Virus record (IMG/VR): IMGVR_UViG_3300021405_000007
Coordinates: 32,001 to 96,000 of that record
DNA from: a virus
Direction: 5' to 3' (one strand)
Length of the DNA: 64,000 bases
Below, piece after piece: positions 47,943-58,900 of the stretch; the stretch's first letter is position 1, and each line of letters opens with the position of its first letter. The notes beneath the pieces are model-generated. The model made no database searches. It saw nothing but the letters and a program-made list of their open reading frames with translations, and had not been told where the DNA came from. The translations under genes were made by a program, and so were the position numbers.

Positions 47943-48529
47943 TGCTAGTAGCTTCAAGTTTAAATACTGCATTAGCTGCAGGGTTGGGAATAACCGCTAC
48001 TCCATACACTTTGGCGTATGCTGAAGGGATCATTGCTTCTCTTCAAGCGGCCACTTTTAGTCATGTTTTAGTTACAGGGATTGCTCCTCCTTCCGGCCCT
48101 TTAACCGCCGGGACAGCTGTGGGTGGTATTATGGTGATTACTCCCGGACCGATGGAAGCAATTACTTCAGTCCAATTTAGCACTTCTCCACATATATTAA
48201 CTGAAAATGCAGCAATAGTAACCTATGTAGGTACAGGATTAATTAATTTTGCTCCAGGCACTATAAATGGTGCTTGTGCAGCGGGCGCATTCGTTGGAAG
48301 CGGTATAGGCGGTACTATTCTTGGTTTGACCGGTTCTGATGCTCTGGTGGCTGTGTCCACTGCTTTAGGTAGTGTGGGACCGCTTGGATTACCATTTTAT
48401 AATGCCTTGATAACTTATATTTTAGCTAATGCCAACTGTTCTTACGCACCCGGAACTGTGGTCGGTGCCTACGCTTTTCCTGCAGGCGGCCCCATGACTG
48501 GCTCCGCTGCGGGAGGTACAATAGCTTAA
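47942..48529 (+). CDS. Gly/Ala-rich baseplate protein (possibly spike-associated)
   Basis: Follows the spike gene; internal duplication. Confidence 0.4.
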   Translation: MLVASSLNTALAAGLGITATPYTLAYAEGIIASLQAATFSHVLVTGIAPPSGPLTAGTAVGGIMVITPGPMEAITSVQFSTSPHILTENAAIVTYVGTGLINFAPGTINGACAAGAFVGSGIGGTILGLTGSDALVAVSTALGSVGPLGLPFYNALITYILANANCSYAPGTVVGAYAFPAGGPMTGSAAGGTIA

Positions 48530-48551
48530 TATTACTTATTAATTTCAAAAA

Positions 48552-48560
48552 TGTTAAAAT
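48552..48560 (+). promoter_or_regulatory. Extended -10 (putative late) promoter
   Basis: TGTTAAAAT before 48600. Confidence 0.6.
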
Positions 48561-48599
48561 TATTCTGGAATTATATTCAAATAGAGATTTAAATTTACT

Positions 48600-51137
48600 A
48601 TGGCGAGCATATCAGATCTTCTGAACAATATTAGTAGTTTAGCACGAGGGATCGGTAGTGCTCTTGGTATAATTCCTTCTAATACCAATCCTAAATACTT
48701 ATTATTTCCAAACCAAGGCATCAATGATATAAAAGCCGACGATAAGAAACGTTGGCTAGATTTTCCCCAAGATAGATATGTATTCGGTGTTATAAGAGAT
48801 GGCGATGATTTAAACTACCTGAGTAAGGGTTCTCAAGCTATTCAATCGATTAGTTCTTTATTTAGCGGTGGTGGCGACTCTTCTGGTAATGATTTCTCTG
48901 ATTTTCCACTACCGATAACACCCCAAGAAATCACACAAACTGAAAATTTTGCGGTCACGATTAAACCATCACAAGGTGGTACGATTATTCAGCATGCAGG
49001 TAATCGATATAAAGATTTGGTTATCTCAGGAACTACTGGAGTAAGCCCCTTTAGGGGAGCTACGGGAGTTGATCAATTAACTGGTGCTGCAATAGCGCAA
49101 CCCGATGAACTCAAATACCGTTCAGGCTATGAAGTTTTTATTCATTTTAGGCATTGGATCAAATCCTATCACCAGGCTAAAGTTAATCCCGATAAAAAAA
49201 ATCTAAGGATGATTTTCAAGAATTATAAAGATTGGGAGTTCTTAATTGTAGAACCCTTAAAATTTTCAATGAAACGGGATGCTTCTAGACCTTTATTATA
49301 TAACTACTCTATACAATTTAAAGTTTTGGGGCATTATAAATTACCCAATGTTAGTAACAGCATTCTTGATAGCATAGATAACGCTATAACGGAGGTGTCT
49401 GTTGCGATTAGCACAGCTAGGGGCATTTTCCTTAAATTCCAAGATGTAATTAGATCTTCTGCTCTAGAAATTGATAGTTTTACTGAAAATCTAAGAAATG
49501 TGAACTTGGCTGTAAAAGCCGCCATTGGTATTAAGTTAACAGCAACAGACATGAGTAATCGAATTCAGCAAAACTTTCTCACTCAGAGAGATGCTCTAAA
49601 TCTTCTTTTAAAACTTGGTGTTAGAACTCAAGCATTGGCTAATCCTGCTACTATTAAAAGTTTAGAAAGGGCGGGGATCGATCTATCTTCTATTAGTCTT
49701 ACTGGAACACCTGAGCAAGTTGGCGCACAACTTCAACAAGTGGCTAGAGGATTTGGCGGAAGCGGTAATCCTAAGAATGATTTCTTTCAAGCTCAAGCCA
49801 ATTTAGGAGATTTAAATTCACAAATTGGCATAGAAGATTTTCCTCCAGCTGCGCAACAAGAACTTATTAATGAGCAAGTTTCGGCATCCGGTATATCTCG
49901 TCAAAAGATGCAAACTATTCTAACTCAAGGAATCTCCATTAGGGATAAATTCGCAGATTCTATACAATTGAGTGGTGCAGATTACGACGATGTTTATGGG
50001 ATCACCTCTACCTTCAATGGAATAATTCCCACAGATAGCGTGGACGTACAATTTCAGATACTTTATGCATTTAGCCTAGCAATTCAACAATTAGAACAAT
50101 TACTTAGTAACGATCAGTTATTTGACATAAATCAAAATCTTTTTAGTCGAACTGACTCGAATTCAAGTTATCTCAATATTGGTGCTGGAATCATCAGTTT
50201 TCCAGATCCACAAGCAGGAATTAAAGAGGGCATAGTACCTTTTGGTGCCACCCTAGAATCAATAGCTTTATCGGAACTTGGTTCAACTTCTCGTTGGACT
50301 GAGTTGGCTGAACTTAATAATTTAAAACCTCCCTTTATAGATAATACTAACTCCTCAGGATCAAGAATAAATTTATCTGTTCAATCAGCGGGTTATAGCA
50401 ATCCTACTCAATTACAGCATTTGGCTGCAGGATTTCAGTATATAGTAGCTATCTCACCTTCTCCGACTGGTGCTTGGATTGGAAAACCTAACTTCATAGC
50501 CACCTTCTCTGGAGGTGATCCAACAGTTTCAACAAATTGGAATTTTAGATATCCTGACGATGGCATGACTGCTCAAGTATTTGACAGCCAGAAAGTTCTG
50601 GAATTTTCAATACTAACCAATACTTGGAGTCCAATATCTTTAGCCGAGTTGATGTCAGGAGAAGTTTTAAGGCCTGGTGATCTAATCAAAATACCTATAA
50701 TCCAACGTCCTGATAATAATACAATTCAACGAGGGCCTAGAGATAATGCCACCACAAATGGTTTATCTCAATCTGAGAAGAGTCTAGGCGTGGACTTAAA
50801 GTTAGGATCAGATGGGGACTTAATAATTACCCCTAATGGTGATTTAGATCTTTCAGTAGGCACAGTCAATGGTGCTCAAGCTATAATCTTGAAACTTCTT
50901 TATTCTCGAGGAGAAGTAAAAAGTCACCCAGAACTTGGTACAAAACTCCAAATAGGCGGTAAAATTCAGGATATAGGTGTGGTGCGAGCTCAAATCTTGA
51001 CTACTTTATTACAAGATTCGAGAATTCAAGATGTTAAAAATGTGAATTTGTTCCAACAAGGTAGCACTATAATGGTGTCTATGGATGTATATTTTAAGAA
51101 TATACAATCTCCCGTTCCTGTAACTATACCAGCTTAA
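48600..51137 (+). CDS. Multidomain baseplate protein (tube-initiator-like + LysM-like + gp25-like)
   Basis: LPI.PQ...ISGTTG...RPLLY.Y; TLESIA..ELG...RW.ELA.LN.L..P; GDL.L..G..N..QAI...HPE.G...DSRI. Confidence 0.65.
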   Translation: MASISDLLNNISSLARGIGSALGIIPSNTNPKYLLFPNQGINDIKADDKKRWLDFPQDRYVFGVIRDGDDLNYLSKGSQAIQSISSLFSGGGDSSGNDFSDFPLPITPQEITQTENFAVTIKPSQGGTIIQHAGNRYKDLVISGTTGVSPFRGATGVDQLTGAAIAQPDELKYRSGYEVFIHFRHWIKSYHQAKVNPDKKNLRMIFKNYKDWEFLIVEPLKFSMKRDASRPLLYNYSIQFKVLGHYKLPNVSNSILDSIDNAITEVSVAISTARGIFLKFQDVIRSSALEIDSFTENLRNVNLAVKAAIGIKLTATDMSNRIQQNFLTQRDALNLLLKLGVRTQALANPATIKSLERAGIDLSSISLTGTPEQVGAQLQQVARGFGGSGNPKNDFFQAQANLGDLNSQIGIEDFPPAAQQELINEQVSASGISRQKMQTILTQGISIRDKFADSIQLSGADYDDVYGITSTFNGIIPTDSVDVQFQILYAFSLAIQQLEQLLSNDQLFDINQNLFSRTDSNSSYLNIGAGIISFPDPQAGIKEGIVPFGATLESIALSELGSTSRWTELAELNNLKPPFIDNTNSSGSRINLSVQSAGYSNPTQLQHLAAGFQYIVAISPSPTGAWIGKPNFIATFSGGDPTVSTNWNFRYPDDGMTAQVFDSQKVLEFSILTNTWSPISLAELMSGEVLRPGDLIKIPIIQRPDNNTIQRGPRDNATTNGLSQSEKSLGVDLKLGSDGDLIITPNGDLDLSVGTVNGAQAIILKLLYSRGEVKSHPELGTKLQIGGKIQDIGVVRAQILTTLLQDSRIQDVKNVNLFQQGSTIMVSMDVYFKNIQSPVPVTIPA

Positions 51138-51155
51138 ACTAGGAAAATTTGAAAT

Positions 51156-54100
51156 ATGAGTATCATAACCTTAAAATCAGAGAATCAAATCTTAAGTGAT
51201 ATGATTGCTACAATATTTTCTCAAACAGGGTTGACCGATATAAATCCGGGGAGCGTTCTTTTAACTCTTTTAGAGGCTGCAGCTAGACAGGATTTTGCTC
51301 AATATTACCAACTTATGCAAGCAGTTAAGAATTATAACCTCGACACTACTACTGGTACAGACCTTGACAATAGAGCTTTTGAATATGGTTTAACTAGAAC
51401 TCAAGCTCAACAAGCTACCGGACAAGTGAACATCCTACGGCCTGCAGGTTTTGTAAAAATCAGTTCAGGATTCTTTGCTGGTTTTAGAGCACCGTTAGCC
51501 GGTGATACAGTTATTTATGTAAACGACGCTTCTGAATTTGGAAGCAGCGGAACTTTGATCATTGGTAGAGGTACTCCCGTAGAAGAAGAAGTGAATTTTT
51601 CTAGTGCTCCGGTTAATAATACTAATTATTGGACTGTTACCCTTTCCAGTTCTGTAACTAATAATCACAATACCAGTGAAGTAGTTATCCTTAGCCAAGG
51701 ATTTAACATAACTATAAATGCTGGGACTTTTGTTCAAGTCCCAGCAACCTCAAAGAATCCAGCGGTAGTATTTCAAACTACCCAAGAAGTCACGATTCTT
51801 GCCGGAGAAGCTGAGGTAGATGGTGTAGACGTTAGAGCTATTCAAGCTGGTGCAGCCGGTAATATACCAGTCAATGCAATTCCTGGAACTACTGATGCCT
51901 TCCCAACTCCCCCATTTACGGGAGCTCAAGCAGTAAATGTAGCAGCGTTTACAACTGGTTCCGATATGGAAACAGATACTCAACTTAGAAATAGAATTAA
52001 ACAATTTATCCAAGGGTTATCCCAATCTACAGCTAGTGGTATTTTCAATGCAATTCTTGGTTTAACCGATGCAGAGACCAGCAAAAGAGTAGTCTCTGCT
52101 AATATAGTTGAACCGACTAACCCTACAGACAATGTTAAAGTTTATATAGACGATGGTACCGGTTTTGAACCTTCTTTTAGTCTGCAGGGTCAAGAAACTA
52201 TTCTTGCTAGTGCTCAAGGTTTAGAAACTAGACTTCAATTAATGAATTTTCCTTTGGTTAAAGCTTTTGTTCAAACTATTAACGCAACACCTTATAATTT
52301 TACTACAAATGGTTTAACTTTAGAAATAGCTGTTGGTAACTCTTCTGAAACAATTGTTTTCAATAACCTAAACTTTCTAATTCCAGAAGCCGCCTCTGCG
52401 GATGAGATTGTAAATGAAATCAACAGTCAATCTACTTTGGTGGACGCTCGTACTGCTGATATAGGTACAACTGTATTTATAAGTGCTAAAGTTAGTACGA
52501 ATGAAGGTATACAAATCTTAGGTGGTACCGCTAATGCTATCCTGGACTTCCCTATTGACTTGCGTGAAACCTTTTATCTTTACAAAAATGATAGACTTTT
52601 ATCAAAAGATGGTGCTACTGCTTACGTAGATTCGGCTAGTACGACCTTTAACTTTTCTAGTGTTCCTGAAACTTTAGCGATAATAGTAGACGGCAAGTCA
52701 GCCAATCCACAAACAGTAACGTTTCAATTAGCGAACTTTTCTATTCCTTCACAAGCCACTCCTGAGGAAGTGGTGGCCGTTATAAATGCTCAACTTGCAG
52801 GAGCAACAGCCTCTGTGTTTAATAATAATACAGTAAGGTTGACTTCAAATACTACTTTGTCCTCCGCTTCTAAGATCCAAATTAACTCGTCTGCTGCCGC
52901 CACAACTTTAGGGTTTCCCTTAATGTTGGTGACTGGTGCTAACGATGATTATGTATTAAATGAGCAACTTGGGACTATTGGATTTAATTCACCGCTTTCT
53001 GCAGGAGATATGATAACCGCAGGAACTAGAAATACTAGAGGCTTCCTAACTGCTACCAATCCACAAAATTATACGGTGGGGGCGAGTACTACTTTATTGA
53101 TCAGTGTAGATGGTGGTTCTGTTCAAACCATTACGTTGCCTGCCCGAAGTGCAGCTTCTGCTTCCTTGATTGCAGGAGATATAAACGCCCAACTTCTTGG
53201 AGGGTTAGCAGTTACTAGAACTATCGGGAATAATGTTTATTTAGAAATCAGAACCAACTCTTATAATGCGACTTATGGTAGTATTGAAATTACCGGCGGC
53301 ACAGCTGTAAGCGTATTTGGTTTCCCTGTTAATAGCATTAACGATTCTATTCCGGCTCACGTAGCTTTTGTGGAAAACTCAAGTTTAGGTCCTTGGAGTT
53401 TTGACAGTGGTTGGACTCTGGTAGTGATTATAGATAATGATCCAATCGGAAAAACTTTTGTTATACCAATTGATTATGCTGGTCAAGTTACTAGTGGAAG
53501 TTCAACAACTATTTTTGCTGCCAGCGTTTTCTCAACTGTATTTCTTGTAAATAATATCTTAAATAATTTTTATGTTGTATTCAGAAGTGGTGCCAATACT
53601 ACTACTCAAACTATAAGTCAAGTCGATAGTGTCGGTGGTAATACCTACAAATATACTTTTAGTGCTTTACCTCCAAACTTCACTAACTTTGCCGTTGGTG
53701 ATGAGGTTACTTTTTCTAGCATGAAAAATGCTGATAATAACGGTAGTTTTTTAATTACTGCTATAAATTCCGGTTCTTCTCCTTATTGGGTCGAAATAAC
53801 AAATGCAGTGGGAAAAGTAGAAAGTGCTTCAACTGGAACTGGTTTGATCGGACAAAGACGCCAAGTAAGTGCTTATACAACCTCCACAGGACAGATCACT
53901 GTATCTTCTGCTTTTTCCCATACACCTTCTGCGAGTGACAATTTTGCAGTAATTCCTAGCACTAGTACTAACCTTTTGAATTTTTTGAATAATTTCAAAG
54001 TCACTTCTATATCTGCTTTGGCTACCATAGAAGCGGTAAATCAAAATAGATACTTACAAATCTCTTCAGATAACAATGGTTCAGATGGTTACATTCAGGT

Positions 54101-54563
54101 TGCCGGCGGAAAAGTTAATAACTTGGTGCAATTTTCAACTACCGAAGTTCAAGGGCATCAAGCGTACTCTTACTATACTGGGTTAACCAAACTAGTTCAT
54201 AAAACCATTTACGGTGATGAAACAGATTTAAGCTCATTCCCGGGTGTTGGGGCTGCAGGGGTGAGTTTTGAGGTCGCTGCACCAAGTACGGTTGAAGCTG
54301 AGTTTTCAATTCAAGTTAGTTTAGCACAAGGTTTGTCTTTGGCTACTTTAGAAAATGAGATCCAAAGTCAAATTATCTCATATGTTAATACTTTAGGAGT
54401 TGGGGATTCAGTAATACTCTCAAATATAGTTGAAAGAGTCTTGAACGGTGTGTCTGGCATCAACGATATAGTGATAACCTTTCCTACTTCTAACATTGAG
54501 GTTCTTCAAAATGAGGTTGCTAAAACTCAAGCCTCATTAATAAACGTGGAGCAAATTAACTAA
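51156..54563 (+). CDS. Baseplate J-like (gp6/gp47) protein with large insertions
   Basis: TD.NPGSV..TL.EA, G.DLD.RA..YGL.R, G..GN, G.D.ETD..LR.R; C-terminal YVN.L..G..V..S.I. Confidence 0.85.
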   Translation: MSIITLKSENQILSDMIATIFSQTGLTDINPGSVLLTLLEAAARQDFAQYYQLMQAVKNYNLDTTTGTDLDNRAFEYGLTRTQAQQATGQVNILRPAGFVKISSGFFAGFRAPLAGDTVIYVNDASEFGSSGTLIIGRGTPVEEEVNFSSAPVNNTNYWTVTLSSSVTNNHNTSEVVILSQGFNITINAGTFVQVPATSKNPAVVFQTTQEVTILAGEAEVDGVDVRAIQAGAAGNIPVNAIPGTTDAFPTPPFTGAQAVNVAAFTTGSDMETDTQLRNRIKQFIQGLSQSTASGIFNAILGLTDAETSKRVVSANIVEPTNPTDNVKVYIDDGTGFEPSFSLQGQETILASAQGLETRLQLMNFPLVKAFVQTINATPYNFTTNGLTLEIAVGNSSETIVFNNLNFLIPEAASADEIVNEINSQSTLVDARTADIGTTVFISAKVSTNEGIQILGGTANAILDFPIDLRETFYLYKNDRLLSKDGATAYVDSASTTFNFSSVPETLAIIVDGKSANPQTVTFQLANFSIPSQATPEEVVAVINAQLAGATASVFNNNTVRLTSNTTLSSASKIQINSSAAATTLGFPLMLVTGANDDYVLNEQLGTIGFNSPLSAGDMITAGTRNTRGFLTATNPQNYTVGASTTLLISVDGGSVQTITLPARSAASASLIAGDINAQLLGGLAVTRTIGNNVYLEIRTNSYNATYGSIEITGGTAVSVFGFPVNSINDSIPAHVAFVENSSLGPWSFDSGWTLVVIIDNDPIGKTFVIPIDYAGQVTSGSSTTIFAASVFSTVFLVNNILNNFYVVFRSGANTTTQTISQVDSVGGNTYKYTFSALPPNFTNFAVGDEVTFSSMKNADNNGSFLITAINSGSSPYWVEITNAVGKVESASTGTGLIGQRRQVSAYTTSTGQITVSSAFSHTPSASDNFAVIPSTSTNLLNFLNNFKVTSISALATIEAVNQNRYLQISSDNNGSDGYIQVAGGKVNNLVQFSTTEVQGHQAYSYYTGLTKLVHKTIYGDETDLSSFPGVGAAGVSFEVAAPSTVEAEFSIQVSLAQGLSLATLENEIQSQIISYVNTLGVGDSVILSNIVERVLNGVSGINDIVITFPTSNIEVLQNEVAKTQASLINVEQIN

Positions 54564-55873
54564 TGGCTATTGATGCAGTAGCAAAAATGTTAAATGACCT
54601 CCCACAGGTCTTTAACGCTAAAGTAAACCCCGTCATTAAAGCTCTAGTGACTGCTTGGGCTACTTCTGATCAAGACATATTAACTCAATTAGATAACACA
54701 AAAGCTCAACTTTTTGTGAAAACAGCTAATGGGACTTATTTAGATAAGCTGGCATCTGCAGTAGGAGTGTCTCGACCAGCTAATACTGGGATAAATGATA
54801 CTGTTTTTAGTCAATTGATTCCCAATTTGTCCTTTAAAAACAAACAAATTTATAAAGCTTTTTATGATACTATGGATGTCTTTTGGGGGCCTCTATACTC
54901 TAGGGCTAACATCACTGGAACCTTAAGCGCACCTTTCAATGTTACGATAGGTCAAACATTCAGCATTTCTGTTGATGGACAAATGGCGCAGTTTATAACG
55001 GTAAAAACAGGCGATGTAGCAAACAATGGTGCCGCTACAGCGCAAGAAGTAATTGATTTTCTAAATCAAATAAATACCATAACAGCCAGCCTTCTTCTAT
55101 TGAATACCGGTGAACAACAAATAAATATAAGGACTAATACTCCGGGGTTGCGTGGATCCTTATTAGTGGATGACACCAATAACTTACCGGGAGTCGGGTT
55201 TCCAACTGCACTTATGACTTTAACCCAACAAAGTCAGAGGGTTGCTGCTTATCAGCTAAATCCGGGTGAAGTTATACTTGAAATACCCGCTTTTGTGCCG
55301 GTTACCAGAGATACATTGCTTGGTTCGCACCATTTTCATGCTGATGATACTTTAGCTAGTCCAGTTCCGAGCGCTAATGGGGTTTGGCAAGGTAGCTTCT
55401 TTTATTCGACCACACAAACTCCCTTCGTTCCAACTAGTAAAACGGCAGTCTTGAATCAAAGTATCTCGCAAGGTGCTTTTTTGAATACTTTAACTGTTTC
55501 AAGTACGGCTGGTTTGCCTACTTCTGGCGGTAGTCTAGTGATAAACTTCGGTCAAAATGCCGAAGAGCATGGTTTGAAATACTTCGCTGTTCTCAACAGC
55601 CAAACAATAGAGATTGACGCTAGTTATTTCTTTCAAAATGATCACTCTCCTGGAGAAGTTTTAAATGTGCTGATGCCTAACACCAACAGTCCTTACGCTC
55701 CAAGAGTCGCAGGCCAAGATTTAGCCATGTATATGCCTTCGGAAGTTGATGCTAGAACCTCAGTTCAGACTCTTCTAGAGACTATCGCAGCAGCTGGGAT
55801 TGTTGTTAAATTCATAATTTTATTACCACATTACGACTATATCATAGCCTCACCTTTCGCTAATACCGATTAG
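54563..55873 (+). CDS. Baseplate wedge protein
   Basis: LFV.TA.G.YLD.LA...GV.RP; C-terminal AAGI.V. Confidence 0.65.
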   Translation: MAIDAVAKMLNDLPQVFNAKVNPVIKALVTAWATSDQDILTQLDNTKAQLFVKTANGTYLDKLASAVGVSRPANTGINDTVFSQLIPNLSFKNKQIYKAFYDTMDVFWGPLYSRANITGTLSAPFNVTIGQTFSISVDGQMAQFITVKTGDVANNGAATAQEVIDFLNQINTITASLLLLNTGEQQINIRTNTPGLRGSLLVDDTNNLPGVGFPTALMTLTQQSQRVAAYQLNPGEVILEIPAFVPVTRDTLLGSHHFHADDTLASPVPSANGVWQGSFFYSTTQTPFVPTSKTAVLNQSISQGAFLNTLTVSSTAGLPTSGGSLVINFGQNAEEHGLKYFAVLNSQTIEIDASYFFQNDHSPGEVLNVLMPNTNSPYAPRVAGQDLAMYMPSEVDARTSVQTLLETIAAAGIVVKFIILLPHYDYIIASPFANTD

Positions 55874-55882
55874 TGTTAAAAT
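55874..55882 (+). promoter_or_regulatory. Extended -10 (putative late) promoter
   Basis: TGTTAAAAT right after the wedge gene stop. Confidence 0.6.
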
Positions 55883-55920
55883 TTTAAAGTGTAGACACTT
55901 AGATTGAGATTTAAAAAAAT

Positions 55921-58900
55921 ATGGCAATTCTCCAAAGATTACTAGAACATAGCCAACAAAGATTTGATTTAGAAGATCTTAATACCATACTATCGGCGTT
56001 AAGATCAGACTCTAAATACTGGCAATTACTATTCAATGCTCAAACCTCCTATGTTGTGGCTGGTTTTGAAATAAGCTCAAGTTCTATAGGTCAAAGCAGC
56101 ATAAACATCGTTCTTGACTCCTCTATTCTTTTAAATCCCAATAACTCCACAGATTTTTCTTGGTTTGCAGGTTTTTCGGGCGCTTCCCCTATAAATGTAG
56201 GAATTGAAGCGGGCGCTCTCGTAATCGGTAGAAACTATGTAGAATTACAACTTAGTACCATAGATAGCGTGCCCCTTCAAAGGGCTTTTTGGGATCCTAC
56301 GGCCAATAGTGGTGCCGGCGGCGAGTTTCAGCAACAAGTAAATACGACTACAGAACTACAAGTACAAGTGGTTGTTAACCAAACTGCTTTTCATGTTTCA
56401 AATCCTGACTTAATTCCTTTGGCGATCGTTGATGTCAACAGTAGCGCCTTAATTTCTGGCATTTTAGATCAAAGGAACTTATTTTTTAGACTTGGAACCA
56501 AAGACACTCCTACTCTAGGTTGGACTTGGAATACTCAAATTGAACCCCCAACCACCCTCACCTTTGTAATGAATTCTAGCCCGGCCTTTGATGCCGGAGA
56601 AACCATAACCTTCACCAGTGGTGCTACTGCAGTTCTAGAAACTGGAGGCACTAATAATATTCAAGCTACCTCTTTCTCAGGTTTGAACTTCGCATTGGGT
56701 GATACCGTAACAGGGCTGACTTCTGGTGCGACTGGAACACTGCAATCCTTTTATGAATCTTTTGTTGGTGCAGATAAAGATATCCTAAATCTGAAAGAGA
56801 TGCTAAATGCTTTAATGACCGAAATTAGAACATTAAAGGGCACCCCTTACTGGTATTCACAAAGTGTAGCACCTACTACACCGGGATTGTTAGACTTTAT
56901 CAATACCATCCCTGTTCCGCTCACAGCTGGCGCAAAATATGAATGGGATGGTTCAAATTTAGCAATCAGCGATGCCGCAACGAGCGGTCAATCTTCTGCA
57001 GATCAAATAGCTGCTCTTAGAATTCCAGGGAAAAGCGGTACCTTTATTCTATCCCGCCAAGATGGAACAGTTAGTACTTCAGAGATAGCTATTGGTGATG
57101 GACAAATTTTATTCATAATCCTACCTTCTGATCTCACAACTTCCCGCACTTATTCTGGAATTGGTACTGCATCCACTAACTTTCAAGTTATTGCCAGAAA
57201 CAGTTTTGTAGCAACAGATAAAACTCATTGGTTAGCTTATAGGGAAGGTTCTAGGCTCATCACTCACGGTTTCGGTCAAATGGTCGCCGGCCAAGAGATG
57301 TCGATCGATGCTGGCGGAGGAGGCGGTGGTGGCGGAGTTCAAGAATTTATTCCATTCAGACTTTACGAAAATGTTCCGAATACCTCTGTATTAAATATTG
57401 GCCCATCCGTAAATACGGACGACGTTTCAGGTAAAAAATCCGCTGTTTCAAGAAATCCACCCAATACTTCTGATTTCTTGGGTGGGACAATCTCCTTCCC
57501 AACTACTTCAGGTAATAATGCAACACCTTCAGTTGGGTCAGCTGTTAGAATAGATATACAATCATCCTTCTATCTAAAAGTTTTAATCGCTGTTGATCTT
57601 AGTGGGAATATAGTGATAGTCCCCGGTGTTCAAGCATCTAGCCTTTCTGCAGCGAAACTACCAGCATTCCCTTATGGCGCATTTTCAATCGGGTATATAG
57701 TTTTAGTAAATACTGCTGGCGTTATAAGTTTAATTTCACAAACGAACATTTATCAGTTTGCCGACCTAGGGCATTTCGAAGACGGCAATAATGGTGGCGG
57801 AAACGTTTATAAAGAGGATGTTGACGTAGTTTCTAGCCCGAGTGGCAATGACCAAATGGCTCCAATTAGTTCGCCACCAGTAACAGTGACTATTCCTAAA
57901 GATACCAATCTGTATTTAGGAACTGGACTTGAAGCTCGAGTAACTAGTTCTTCTTCGACTGTTCAAGTTTCAAAGTCCAACCATGGTTTAACTACAGGTG
58001 ATTTAGTAACAATCATTACTGCTTCTGCAATTGGTGGGATAACTGGGGGAAACCTTTCTCAAACCGCAACAGCCTGTACTGTAATCGATTCGAATAATTT
58101 TTCTTATGTTGCAGGTGCTGCGGGCACTTACAATGACTACGGTACTTTAGATGCCACTTTCGCCAATACTACTAGACACTTTATAGTTGGTGATAGAACT
58201 CTGGTAGTTTATTTAAACGGTGTTGAACAAAGAAATGGTATTGATTATTCTGAGTTTGGCACATTTGGACTATCTTCTAATCAAATCATTTGGTTAACCA
58301 CTATTGTTGTGGGCGACTTAGTAACCTACGAAATAGTAAGGGTGGGTGGATTAACCATTCTTCAAAATGGTTCCCCAGTTGCGACAGGGACCTTACAAGA
58401 ATCTTATAATAATGGTCAATCAATAGTAACTGAGTCTGGTGCGCCGGTAGTTATTAGCGGCCCTAGCGGTCAAAAATTGCTGCACGTAGCTGGTAACGTT
58501 CAAATTGATGGCGTCATAGATCCAACCGCTATCACTTTTACCCCTCAATCTTCCAATCCTTTAAGTTCTGGTCAACAAGGTATTTGGTTTGATAGCTCCA
58601 ATGCTATGCATACTTATGATGGAACTACTGACACCAACACTAATGCTAGTTTTGTAAAAATAAATGGTTCAAATCCTTTTACCGGCCCTCAATCAATGGG
58701 GAGCAATAAGCTAACCAATGTAGCTACCCCAACAGTAAGTTCTGATGCAGCTACCAAAGGTTATGTTGATGGTCTGGCTATTAGTGCTTTGATTGGAGAT
58801 GTCAGTGGAACGGGCCCCGGATCAACCAGCACCACTGTTAATTCAGTTGGTGGTAGTTCTGCTAGTAACATACATTCGGCTGAACAAGCCGCTAATGCCG

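Noticed and set aside
23043-55873. Bacterial tailocin/eCIS or chromosomal region
   Set aside because: Capsid, scaffold and neck genes plus phage-type accessory islands show it is a phage.
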